A DNA stretch of 64,000 bases, taken from contig CAXXMV010000008.1 in NCBI GenBank assembly GCA_963662285.2, positions 800,001-864,000 of the forward strand, given 5' to 3'. A program made the translations under genes and the position numbers. The notes below the pieces were generated by a model, which was not told the origin of the DNA, did not search any database, and was given only the letters and a program-made list of their open reading frames with translations. The DNA is from a bacterium (GTDB lineage Bacteria > Hinthialibacterota > Hinthialibacteria > Hinthialibacterales > Hinthialibacteraceae). Shown here in pieces: positions 18,839 to 27,957 of the stretch; positions within the stretch are counted from its first letter, which is position 1; every line of letters starts with the position of its first letter.

Positions 18839-19549
18839 ATGCTATATATCAAAGGAAGTTCAGCAAAAGGTTTTACGCTTATTGAACTGCTCATCGTTGT
18901 TGCAATCATTGGAATTTTGGCTGCAATCGCCGTACCGAACTTTTTGAATGCGCAAGTCCGCGCCAAAGTCGCCCGGTGTTATGCGGATATGAAATCCACA
19001 ACTACTTCGATTCAGATTTTCGGCATGGAACACAATAAGATGCTGGTTGACATCCGTGACGACGACAATGACTTCTGCATGAAACGTATATTAGAGGATT
19101 TCAATGGCGTAGGTCATAACGGCGGCGGTGGCAACCGCAACAATATGGCCGTTCTAGCCCCATTAACTTCGCCAATCTCCTACATGTCTTCGCTTCCACG
19201 TTCTCCATTTTTCCCGGCAAGATTGTTTTCCAACAACAGTGGAAATAATGAAGCTTTTGGACGTTTAGGAAACGATGTCTACGGCTATTGGGACAATGAT
19301 CCAGAAGTGAAAGAACCAGCGGGTAACAACCATGGCGATTGGAACCTGAGCGCCCTTGGGAGATATGTGCCTACTTTGAAACCCTGGGGATTCATCTTAA
19401 TCGCATTTGGACCGGCAGCTAACAACAACACCACCTTGAACAGCGGAATCCCCTACACCCCCTCCAATGGCTTGAACAGCAACGGAGAAATTTTCCTGAC
19501 CAGCGGCGGAACCAACAACGAAAACGCCACTGACAAGGGCATCAATTAA
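18839..19549 (+). CDS. Prepilin-type N-terminal cleavage/methylation protein
   Basis: GFTLIELLIVVAIIGILAAIAVPNFLNAQVRAK; YTPSNGLNSNGEI. Confidence 0.92.
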   Translation: MLYIKGSSAKGFTLIELLIVVAIIGILAAIAVPNFLNAQVRAKVARCYADMKSTTTSIQIFGMEHNKMLVDIRDDDNDFCMKRILEDFNGVGHNGGGGNRNNMAVLAPLTSPISYMSSLPRSPFFPARLFSNNSGNNEAFGRLGNDVYGYWDNDPEVKEPAGNNHGDWNLSALGRYVPTLKPWGFILIAFGPAANNNTTLNSGIPYTPSNGLNSNGEIFLTSGGTNNENATDKGIN

Positions 19550-19581
19550 TCCAAGGAATTTCTTAAATACCTATATACTCT

Positions 19582-19638
19582 ATATGATTGTTCAGAGTCC
19601 CCGGCAGATTGGGCTCTCAACAATCATATCTTTTTTTA
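19582..19638 (+). terminator. Probable terminator
   Basis: ATATGATTGTT...AACAATCATAT stem followed by T run. Confidence 0.55.
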
Positions 19639-19811
19639 TCCAGATATTTTTGTTTCAGCGATTTAGAAACATTTTATTTGTAAAAAGATGTAAAAAAAAC
19701 GAATGTCATACAATTTATTAACCGATCTATCACATTGATCTTTATTTTTTCCGGTATTTTAATCTATAATTACAATCTCAAAAAAAATAAACTCTGGGGA
19801 GAGGAATAAGA

Positions 19812-20453
19812 ATGAAAAGATCTAACAGAAATTTTGGTTTTACTTTGATCGAACTTCTCATCGTTGTTGCGATCATCGGCATCCTAGCGGCAATCGCCGT
19901 ACCTAACTTCTTGAATGCTCAAATCAGAGCAAAATCAGCCCGCTGCTTCGCAGATTTGAGAATGATTCACGAGCAGATCAACATTCGCCAACTGGATACA
20001 AACCGTTGGTTGATCGATGGAAATGACTCTGGCGAAGACGATGGTTCCTTTAAATGCGCTTTTCCAGGCGGATACCATTTCTTTGGAGTGCAATGCTCTC
20101 AAGCAAGAGGAGTTAAATGCAATGGAATTGGCGATAACTTCTTTAACGGTCAAACCTGGGCGCTTCTGACATCTCCAGTCTCATATATGTCCAGCATCCC
20201 TCAGGATCCATTTGCCGGTGGACTGTTTTACGGTTATGAAGACCGCGATTGCGCCAACGGTACGCACTGCCCGCATTGGTTGATTTTCGCCGCCGGCCCC
20301 GATTGCGACCATGGCGACTGGATCGATAGAACAGCGGAAGCCTACAATCCAAGCAATGGATTAACATCAAACGGCGACATATGGCGCGCTCATGTATTCA
20401 AAGATACTTATTTCACATCAGAATTTTTGAATATTCTTATTGTTAATTATTAA
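19812..20453 (+). CDS. Prepilin-type N-terminal cleavage/methylation protein (Cys-rich head)
   Basis: GFTLIELL...; YNPSNGLTSNGDIW; GGAGAGG RBS. Confidence 0.92.
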   Translation: MKRSNRNFGFTLIELLIVVAIIGILAAIAVPNFLNAQIRAKSARCFADLRMIHEQINIRQLDTNRWLIDGNDSGEDDGSFKCAFPGGYHFFGVQCSQARGVKCNGIGDNFFNGQTWALLTSPVSYMSSIPQDPFAGGLFYGYEDRDCANGTHCPHWLIFAAGPDCDHGDWIDRTAEAYNPSNGLTSNGDIWRAHVFKDTYFTSEFLNILIVNY

Positions 20454-20476
20454 TTGATTTAATTTATAAAAGGATT

Positions 20477-20510
20477 AAGGCGTGTTCTTAACGAACACGC
20501 CTTTTTTTTT
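20477..20510 (+). terminator. Rho-independent terminator
   Basis: AAGGCGTGTTC-TTAAC-GAACACGCCTT followed by a T tract. Confidence 0.9.
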
Positions 20511-20748
20511 CTTATCATCTAAATACTTATTAATTAGTTTATCGGTCTTTCTTTTTATTAATTAGTAGTAATAATAATACTATTGCCTTCTAGAGCGATT
20601 CTCAAAACAACATGCGTCAATGCAGTTGTCAATAATCCCAATCCCCCAGAGATGGAACTTTTGACAAATCCAAAGTATTCAATGCGCAATCTTCTGTGAA
20701 CCGCTATTAAGGAATAATTCAGAAAAAATATATTTGGAGAGGAAGAGA

Positions 20749-21390
20749 ATGAAAAGTATTAAAAAAGATTTTGGTTTTACCCTGATTGAACTCCTCATCG
20801 TTGTTGCGATTATCGGCATTCTAGCTGCTATCGCTGTTCCTAACTTCCTGAACGCTCAAATACGAGCCAAATCAGCCCGATGCTTCGCAGATATGAGAAT
20901 GATCGACTCGCAAATAAGCATACGTCAACTGGATTCAAACCGTTGGTTGATTGACGGTAATGACTCTGCTGAAGACGATGGATCATTCAAATGCGCTTTT
21001 CCAGGCGGTTACAATTTCTTTGGAGTCAAATGCTCTGAAGCAAGAGGCGTAAAATGCGTCGGTATTAGCGATAACTTCTTTAATGGTCAGACCTGGGGTC
21101 TTCTAACATCACCGATTTCATATATGTCCAGCATCCCTCAAGATCCATTTGGCGGCGGACTGTTTTACGGCTATGAAGACCGCAATTGCGCCAACGGAAC
21201 CAACTGCCCGCATTGGCTGATTTTTGCAGCCGGTCCGGATTGTGACCATGGCGATTGGATTGATAGAACAGCCGAAGCCTACAATCCAAGCAACGGCTTG
21301 ACATCCAACGGCGATATCTGGCGCGCTCACGTATTCAAAGATACTTACTTCACATCAGAATTTTTGAATATTCTTATTGTTAATTATTAA
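20749..21390 (+). CDS. Prepilin-type protein, tandem paralogue of 19812-20453
   Basis: 16 substitutions (manual count) in the ~204-aa mature part; start ATG 20749 after GGAGAGG. Confidence 0.92.
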   Translation: MKSIKKDFGFTLIELLIVVAIIGILAAIAVPNFLNAQIRAKSARCFADMRMIDSQISIRQLDSNRWLIDGNDSAEDDGSFKCAFPGGYNFFGVKCSEARGVKCVGISDNFFNGQTWGLLTSPISYMSSIPQDPFGGGLFYGYEDRNCANGTNCPHWLIFAAGPDCDHGDWIDRTAEAYNPSNGLTSNGDIWRAHVFKDTYFTSEFLNILIVNY

Positions 21391-21428
21391 TTGATCAAAT
21401 TATCATTTTTTTTAATCCCTATATCATC

Positions 21429-21461
21429 AAAAGGCTCGTTCATTAAGAACGAGCCTTTTTT
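21429..21461 (+). terminator. Rho-independent terminator
   Basis: AAAAGGCTCGTTC-ATTAA-GAACGAGCCTTTTTT. Confidence 0.9.
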
Positions 21462-21610
21462 CTTGTTTGGATTTTCATTTACAAGGGTGGTCGCTATCAA
21501 CCCTCTCCTAAGCTCTCCCAATCTTGGGAAAGGAATGTGATACTATGGTTTTTTGTACGACTAAGTCAAAACTATACAATCGGTTATATCTAAAAATCCC
21601 TTTCCCCCAA

Positions 21611-22051
21611 GTCTACTCTCCGGACGCAAATCAGGAGAGCAGAATGAAACAGAGAACATCATAGAGTGGGTAGCATCATAGAGTGGGGAGCATCGGCTTC
21701 TAGCCGGTGTGTCAAAGAAACCTAATATTATTATGCCAAATGAAGTGTTGGCTGTTGTCATGAATTCATGTTTGTGTTGTGATGCCGGTTCACGTGCACA
21801 TCCTCCTGACGCCATTGATAATTCCAAACCTTGGATATCATTCGATCACAACAATACTTCATAGCATTAAAAGTTTTTCATCAATAGAAGCAAACTGGTT
21901 GATGAATAGGCAGGGATTGGCGCACCGGCTAGAAGCCGATGCTCCCCTTTTTGATGCTCCCTGGTTATTGGTAGAGTGTTTTTTCAGTTTATCAGTGGTA
22001 GGTGCATTGCCACTGCTTCAATTTCACAACAATGTGTACGGAGAGTAGCCC
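21611..22051. mobile_element. Non-autonomous TIR element (MITE-like), copy 1, containing a REP-D pair and RAYT fragment
   Basis: Ends GTCTACTCTCCGGACGCA / TGTGTACGGAGAGTAGCCC; flanks CCAA / CTAA; homologous to 34332-34863; interrupts a repeat that is intact at 40182-40375. Confidence 0.8.
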
Positions 22052-22204
22052 CTAAGTTGTGAGATAATTCAAAAGGGGGTTGTTTTATAAAACCTTACAT
22101 TTTCCATCCTACGCAGAAGTATATAAAAAGAGAGTGCACAGAAAAAACACTTCCATACACTCTCAATATAATCTTAATATTGTTCAATCCACTCTAATCA
22201 TACA

Positions 22205-23437
22205 TTATCCAAAGATGGCGTCACGGCGCTTCTGGTTATACGCAATCTTCTCTTCATTAGTCATTTTGGTAAAATCTGGTTCATCGTCATCATACATACG
22301 GGGCTTGGATGTCTGTTGGGGCGATTGCTGAGGCTGCACGGAAAGAGTCGGCTGCATCGGCTTGGGACGGGGAACGCCCGCCGGTACAGTGACTTTTGAA
22401 GAACCGCCGGAATAGCTCATGGATTGATCGGTAACCTGCAGATCATCTTGCAGACTGCGGTACGGTTTGATTTTCATTTCCTGCAAGACGCCGTGATACG
22501 CTTTGACCGCTTCTTCAGGAGAGATATCGCCATCCACAATCATGCGCAGGAATTTAATAAAGGCGAACTGATTTTCTGATTCATTTATTTTACGGCCAAA
22601 CAACGCCACCCGGCCGCCATATTTCTGGGTATCAGCAATCAATTTGAACGCATCGTAGGTTGTGCCCGACGAACCGCCGAGAATTCCGACAACGATGCTG
22701 GGATCATAATTGACTAGTTCTTCCATATATTTTGGTCCATGATAGACCATCTTTAAAAATAGCGGACGTCCTTTTTGAGTGACGGCGGCCAGACTGCGAA
22801 CTATAGAATCGTTGACGTAGGAACCAATATCTTCAGGACTGACGGCGCCCGGAACATTGGGATCAAAGATTTCGAGAAAATAACGGAAGCCTTTCTGCTC
22901 AGCTTCCAGGCGAAATTCCTTAAAACATCTCAGCGATTCAGCGTCGCGTTCCAGATCATTGTTGAAAGTCATGGAATAAAGACCGAGATTAGCGCCCATA
23001 CTACGCTCTTCAGGGGTGCATTCAAACTTGCCGCACTGAATATGATCTATAGTAGTGGTACGGAAGGGGCGCGAAGCCATTGTGGCGTAAGATGCGCCGC
23101 GATATGTATAAATATCAGTAGTGTCATTAGCGCGGCCAGCAGGTGTAACATGTGAATTATCAAACAAACGCTCCTGAATAGTAAGCACTTCGTTGGTGCT
23201 GGGTGACATCAGGCATATATCGATCAATCCCTGCGCAACCACTTGCCGCATCATCTCGCGATATTCCTGGATATTACGGAATCTCAACTCGCCATGATGA
23301 TACTCCGGAGAATAACGCCCGCAGGAGTATATACCGCGCGCGATATCGGCATCTTTGGCGTCAGCGATGATGAAGGCTTTACTGTTGGGGTTTGCATGGA
23401 TATCAGCCAATTTAAGATCGAGAGATTTTTCAACCAT
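22205..23437 (-). CDS. Conserved hypothetical protein, possible class I aldolase-like TIM barrel
   Basis: FIIADAKDAD, RYFLEIFDPN, LFLKMVY, VGILGGSSG, VALFGRKI; P/Q-rich linker. Confidence 0.6.
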   Translation of the reverse strand: MVEKSLDLKLADIHANPNSKAFIIADAKDADIARGIYSCGRYSPEYHHGELRFRNIQEYREMMRQVVAQGLIDICLMSPSTNEVLTIQERLFDNSHVTPAGRANDTTDIYTYRGASYATMASRPFRTTTIDHIQCGKFECTPEERSMGANLGLYSMTFNNDLERDAESLRCFKEFRLEAEQKGFRYFLEIFDPNVPGAVSPEDIGSYVNDSIVRSLAAVTQKGRPLFLKMVYHGPKYMEELVNYDPSIVVGILGGSSGTTYDAFKLIADTQKYGGRVALFGRKINESENQFAFIKFLRMIVDGDISPEEAVKAYHGVLQEMKIKPYRSLQDDLQVTDQSMSYSGGSSKVTVPAGVPRPKPMQPTLSVQPQQSPQQTSKPRMYDDDEPDFTKMTNEEKIAYNQKRRDAIFG

Positions 23438-23596
23438 CTTTATTTTCCCTATTGATAATATTATTTTAAGACATATTCAGTTACAAAACATATACTACCA
23501 AAATACTTCTATTTTGTATAGATGCGGCTTAACGGGATTGCTATTCTCTTTTTGTAACAGTTCAGATATATGAAGTTATAAGATGAAAACTACGCT

Positions 23597-23668
23597 TGAC
23601 TGGGTGACTGGGTGACTGGGTGACTGGGTGACTGGGTGACTGGGTGACTGGGTGACTGGGTGACTGGG
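23597..23668 (+). repeat. Tandem repeat (TGACTGGG)9
   Basis: Nine perfect 8-bp units running into a REP-A1. Confidence 0.95.
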
Positions 23669-23705
23669 TGGCAAGGGCAAGACCGCAATGCGGTCAGCCC
23701 TTGAT
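23666..23705 (+). repeat. REP family A1
   Basis: GGGTGGCAAGGGCAAGACCGCAATGCGGTCAGCCCTTGAT. Confidence 0.9.
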
Positions 23706-23988
23706 CAAGCCACTCATTGGAGGGAGAAAATTGCTTAACTTAATGACATTGAGTTAGAGAGGGGTTGCGTTTCGACTAATCAACCCCCTGCTGACCTCAC
23801 CCAGGCTTGGTGAAAGAATTATACGTTTCAATCGGCTAACATATTACCTCTTTTTATATAAAGCATTAAAATTCCAGCGTTATCTTTTTAATCTTCAAGC
23901 GTTGAATCAATTTAACAAACCAGGATAATATAATTGCTGATAGCAATTAACAAAATTTATTGAGCTGCATAATTAGGGAGTTGTAACT

Positions 23989-25590
23989 ATGGCTTTAAGC
24001 AAACAACAAAATCAAATCAAATATATTGCCTGTCTCGCACTTATTTTGATAATACTGGGCTTCATATATGGCCCTACAGCCATATTGCGCTGGAATCACA
24101 AGGTATACCAAAACCAACGCGAAGCGAAACTATACGTTCAAGCCCAAGAATTGCTTCCCATTGTCAAACAATCCACCACGGCCTCTCTCCATTTTAATTA
24201 CCAGGATTTAATGATAGACGCCGGAAAAATCCATGTTCTACAACAGCAGTATAAAGCATGGGTAGATAATGACTCGAAAAACGCCGCTTTAACCGCTCTA
24301 CAAAGCAGGATTGCCGACACTCCCGAACAAAAGCAAACCTTATTGGAAAAAGCTATCCAACTTGATCAGAAAAATCGACAGAAAAATGAAACAGTCCTTT
24401 TCGTAAAGATTGAAGATATTCTCGATTCAGGCATGACCCTGAGCGCAAAACAACTTATGACTTCGATTAAATCCGAATGTTGGCTGCGCTATTTAATGGA
24501 ATCCCGCATTGCCCGTCGAATGGCTGATCTTGACGGCGCCCAGGATGCTTTTAAAAAAGCCATTAACGCTCCTGCAGTCCCAATCTCAGTTGCAAACGAA
24601 TACGCCAGATTTATCTGCAACTGGACCGATATATCCACTGGATCAAGACCCAATCCATACTCCCAATGGAGAAAACAGGATATACAACAAAACCCGGTTG
24701 CTTACGCTTATCATGTATGGCTTGCTGACCAGATTTCTTATGATTCACCTGATGAACTACCCGGCGAATTGCTTTATCACCCGGAAGCCCTGGCCATCTA
24801 TTGCCGGCCAGCGCTGATTGGAGATACATCAAACGACCAACTGGTCAATATTAAAAAACTGATGAATCGAGCAGTTAAAATCGCTCCTCATAATCCTAAA
24901 GTACTGGTCAATTTCGGATTAATGGAATTAGCGCAAGACAATTCCAACGACGACAATATTCCCAAAGCCGATGCATATTTTTCCACCGGTTTGGATAAAT
25001 CAACATCATTCGCCAACAGTCGGTTTCATGTTCAAATGGGAGATGAACTTTCATCAATAAAAAAATTCGTCACCGCAGAACTGCATTATAAAAAAGCATG
25101 GGGTAAACTGCCGGAAGACGGTCTGTTCCTTAAATTACTGGCTGATTATTACATTGAGAACGATGCGCAATCGGATGCAATAAATACCATAGAGCAAGCC
25201 CGGATCATTATCCCTAATGATTCCCGCATGTTACACAAACTTGGTAATATCTATTTCGAAAAAGAAGCATTGGAAAAAGCCAGAGGCGTTTACGGCAAAC
25301 TGATTGAGATCGACCAGCATGATAATCCTGCGCGTGACCGCATTGCGGAAATCTGGATGAAAAAGAACAATCCTTCACGCGCCATTCAGGTTTATAACGC
25401 CTTAGCTAATCGCGATCCCAAAAATGGTCATTGTTATGCTCAGGTCGCCCGTATATTAGTCAAAAACAACAGCATTGAACGAGCGGATGCTCTTCTCAAA
25501 AAAGTTTTGAATCAATACCCGGATATACGTGATAAAGATGAAATCCTCAAAGCGATCAATGAGATCGAACTGGCGAAGAAGAAGCAATAA
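23989..25590 (+). CDS. Membrane-anchored TPR protein
   Basis: N-terminal TM helix; repeated TPR-like helices (LHKLGNIYFEKEALEKARGVYGKLIEID). Confidence 0.8.
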   Translation: MALSKQQNQIKYIACLALILIILGFIYGPTAILRWNHKVYQNQREAKLYVQAQELLPIVKQSTTASLHFNYQDLMIDAGKIHVLQQQYKAWVDNDSKNAALTALQSRIADTPEQKQTLLEKAIQLDQKNRQKNETVLFVKIEDILDSGMTLSAKQLMTSIKSECWLRYLMESRIARRMADLDGAQDAFKKAINAPAVPISVANEYARFICNWTDISTGSRPNPYSQWRKQDIQQNPVAYAYHVWLADQISYDSPDELPGELLYHPEALAIYCRPALIGDTSNDQLVNIKKLMNRAVKIAPHNPKVLVNFGLMELAQDNSNDDNIPKADAYFSTGLDKSTSFANSRFHVQMGDELSSIKKFVTAELHYKKAWGKLPEDGLFLKLLADYYIENDAQSDAINTIEQARIIIPNDSRMLHKLGNIYFEKEALEKARGVYGKLIEIDQHDNPARDRIAEIWMKKNNPSRAIQVYNALANRDPKNGHCYAQVARILVKNNSIERADALLKKVLNQYPDIRDKDEILKAINEIELAKKKQ

Positions 25591-25607
25591 AACAGGCGAT
25601 TAGAGCG

Positions 25608-25645
25608 GTTTTCAAAAAGTCCGTTTTTCAGGACTTTTTGAAAAC
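25608..25645. terminator. Perfect 15-bp hairpin between convergent genes
   Basis: GTTTTCAAAAAGTCC-N8-GGACTTTTTGAAAAC. Confidence 0.6.
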
Positions 25646-25686
25646 ATATCAGAACTCCATTAGAGTATTCTGCATAATGACATTGC

Positions 25687-27687
25687 TTATTCTGCTATCG
25701 GAACAACACGGATCGATAATATATCACTATCCTTTTCTTTCCTGGTTTTCAGTTGGACGCGGTAGAGCTGGTCGCCCCAGATGCTGCGTAGTTTTCCATC
25801 TTTCAGTTCGATGGTTTCGATAATGGCTGATAGTTGTTGTGGATCATATTCCATCAGCGCCTGAACTGTTTCCAGGCGGTCATTCAATAGTAGTTTTCCA
25901 GCTTGCTCTTCGGTGACTTTTCCTGCGACAATGAAATTTTCAATCAGATCACTGGATGGTTCAGCCAATTGGTAGACGTCTTCAATTTGCAAGGCTTTAT
26001 TGCGCTGCAAAGAAACTGTCCGCTTCCAGGATTTGGCATTAGATTCCTTGGGATAAGCATTGACAATATCCATAACAATGTTGGCTTGCTTGTCATTCAT
26101 ATCATAGGAAACCTGATCAGCGGCGTATTGCCGTCCGGCTTTTTGATCCACTCCATTGATGGTCGGAAGATTATGATAACAAGATTGAAACGCCCAAATC
26201 TCATAACGCTGGCTGCTGAAGGTTTGACGGGTGTAAGTTGGCCGCCCGATATCAATGATGAGCGGCTTGCCGTCAACAAACAGAATAAAGTTGCCCACGT
26301 CGTTATGATTGTGGCTTTGAGCATTGTGTCCTCCCCAGGCGGCGGTGAAGAATCCACCCGAACTGCCCTGCTGATCGCGTGCGGCCATCATTTGCATATT
26401 GGGGTGACTTAACCAGACATCGCGGACTAGCGGCTGCGTTGGAGCATCGTATTTTACCAGTTCTTCTCCATTAAAGATCAGATGGAGAAAACGGTTGAGA
26501 TCGGAACCGCCGCTCATATTGTCCACAAGCCAATCTTGATCCACCCCATAAGCCCCTAGAGCCATTAAGTTTTTATCGTTGATGCGTTTGCCGAATCTAT
26601 AGACCACTTCATTAGATATACCAGTACGCGCATCGCAATCCCCCAGGCAGATGAAGTAATTATCCACGACATGGGCGCGGTAAATAAAGCGGGCGATTTC
26701 TTGAATCAGTGGGTTCTGATAAAAATTGATTTTCTGGTTTGATGCGCTATATAAATGTTCCAGCGAATCAAAAACGCTGGCGCCCGCCCTTCCCCAATAG
26801 CTGGGACCTTCGTCGCAGCTGCCATCATAGGGATAGTAGGTAAGGAAATTATCCAGACAATCCATAGCCAGGTGAACCAGTTGAGCGCGGCGTGATTCAT
26901 CGTGTTCCGCCAGCAGAGCGGTAATCAAAACATTAGAACAAATCCAGGGATTCCAGTTATTGGGGTAGCTCTTGTTGGCGCGGGCGGAATAACCCATCCA
27001 ACCAAATTTTTTGGTCAGAAAAGGCGTCAGGATTTTCCGGTCAAGTTCATTGATGATGCGTTTTCGTATCAGGGGCGATACTGTATCTAACTGGTCGCCT
27101 AGTAAATATTCGGTTATAGCGAGAGAGTTGGCCGTCTGAGCGGAAAATAACGCAACCACCTGATCATCTGCATCGGGAAGATCTACTCCGGCCTTCTGCG
27201 GTCCGATGTGGGCGGGCCAGGTCCAGGCGCTCTCTTCGCATATTGCCCAGATCATATCAGTGATGGGATCAAGAAAACGGCCTTTATTCTCAATGCATTC
27301 AGCAACCACCAGAGAATGCAGACGACCCCGGCGGTCATACCATATATTTTGATAGTTGCTGCGGTTGCCATTACGCTTAAATTGCAAATAAACCGAAGCG
27401 GGCAGTACTGCGATATCCAATTCGGCGGCCTCTTCGGCTTTTTTGATGATGACTTCCTTAATGTCTTCAGGGATTGCCTGCCAAACTTCCCGGTTGCTGG
27501 CTTTCGGAAATGGTCGGAACTCTTTTTGAGCAACCAGAACTTGCTCTAATTGCTCTACAGAAAATGACTTCGCCAGGGATATATCATTGGCCTCGGCGAA
27601 TGAGTTTGAATTAGTGAAGCCCAGAAGGCATAAGACCATTATTAATGTAAGATAAACTGATTTAGTGTGTGAGGAAATAAATGACAT
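25687..27687 (-). CDS. Heparinase II/III-family (polysaccharide lyase-like) secreted protein
   Basis: Signal peptide; NNWNPW, DGSCDEGPSYW, GGHNAQSHNHNDVGNF, HNLPTING. Confidence 0.85.
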   Translation of the reverse strand: MSFISSHTKSVYLTLIMVLCLLGFTNSNSFAEANDISLAKSFSVEQLEQVLVAQKEFRPFPKASNREVWQAIPEDIKEVIIKKAEEAAELDIAVLPASVYLQFKRNGNRSNYQNIWYDRRGRLHSLVVAECIENKGRFLDPITDMIWAICEESAWTWPAHIGPQKAGVDLPDADDQVVALFSAQTANSLAITEYLLGDQLDTVSPLIRKRIINELDRKILTPFLTKKFGWMGYSARANKSYPNNWNPWICSNVLITALLAEHDESRRAQLVHLAMDCLDNFLTYYPYDGSCDEGPSYWGRAGASVFDSLEHLYSASNQKINFYQNPLIQEIARFIYRAHVVDNYFICLGDCDARTGISNEVVYRFGKRINDKNLMALGAYGVDQDWLVDNMSGGSDLNRFLHLIFNGEELVKYDAPTQPLVRDVWLSHPNMQMMAARDQQGSSGGFFTAAWGGHNAQSHNHNDVGNFILFVDGKPLIIDIGRPTYTRQTFSSQRYEIWAFQSCYHNLPTINGVDQKAGRQYAADQVSYDMNDKQANIVMDIVNAYPKESNAKSWKRTVSLQRNKALQIEDVYQLAEPSSDLIENFIVAGKVTEEQAGKLLLNDRLETVQALMEYDPQQLSAIIETIELKDGKLRSIWGDQLYRVQLKTRKEKDSDILSIRVVPIAE

Positions 27688-27817
27688 TATATTCTCCATA
27701 TAGATAGTTTCGAAATAAGAACCTTATTTTCTATTGTCTCAAAACCAAGGTGGTTTTGGAAGGTAGTCGGTGAGATAATATGGGAGATTAGTTATTGATT
27801 AACGCCTAATCAAAAAC

Positions 27818-27915
27818 TGTCTGAATCAGGATTTCCAGGATTTTATGGATCAACAGGATATAAGATTTTTTTTATCCTGGGTATCCTACCCATCCTGACT
27901 ATCCTGATTCAGACA
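27818..27915. repeat. Family E palindromic element with periodic CAGGAT/ATCCTG units
   Basis: Perfect 15-bp inverted ends TGTCTGAATCAGGAT / ATCCTGATTCAGACA. Confidence 0.8.
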
Positions 27916-27957
27916 AAAAAAATAACGAATGCATTAAAGCAAAACAACCCCCTAACC

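Noticed and set aside
19812-21390. Diversity-generating retroelement TR/VR pair
   Set aside because: Differences are mostly synonymous and not adenine-specific, both copies are full genes, and no reverse transcriptase is in the window.
21779-22048. 89-aa ORF as a functional transposase
   Set aside because: Only the HUH segment remains; there is no catalytic Tyr region and it runs into REP sequence.
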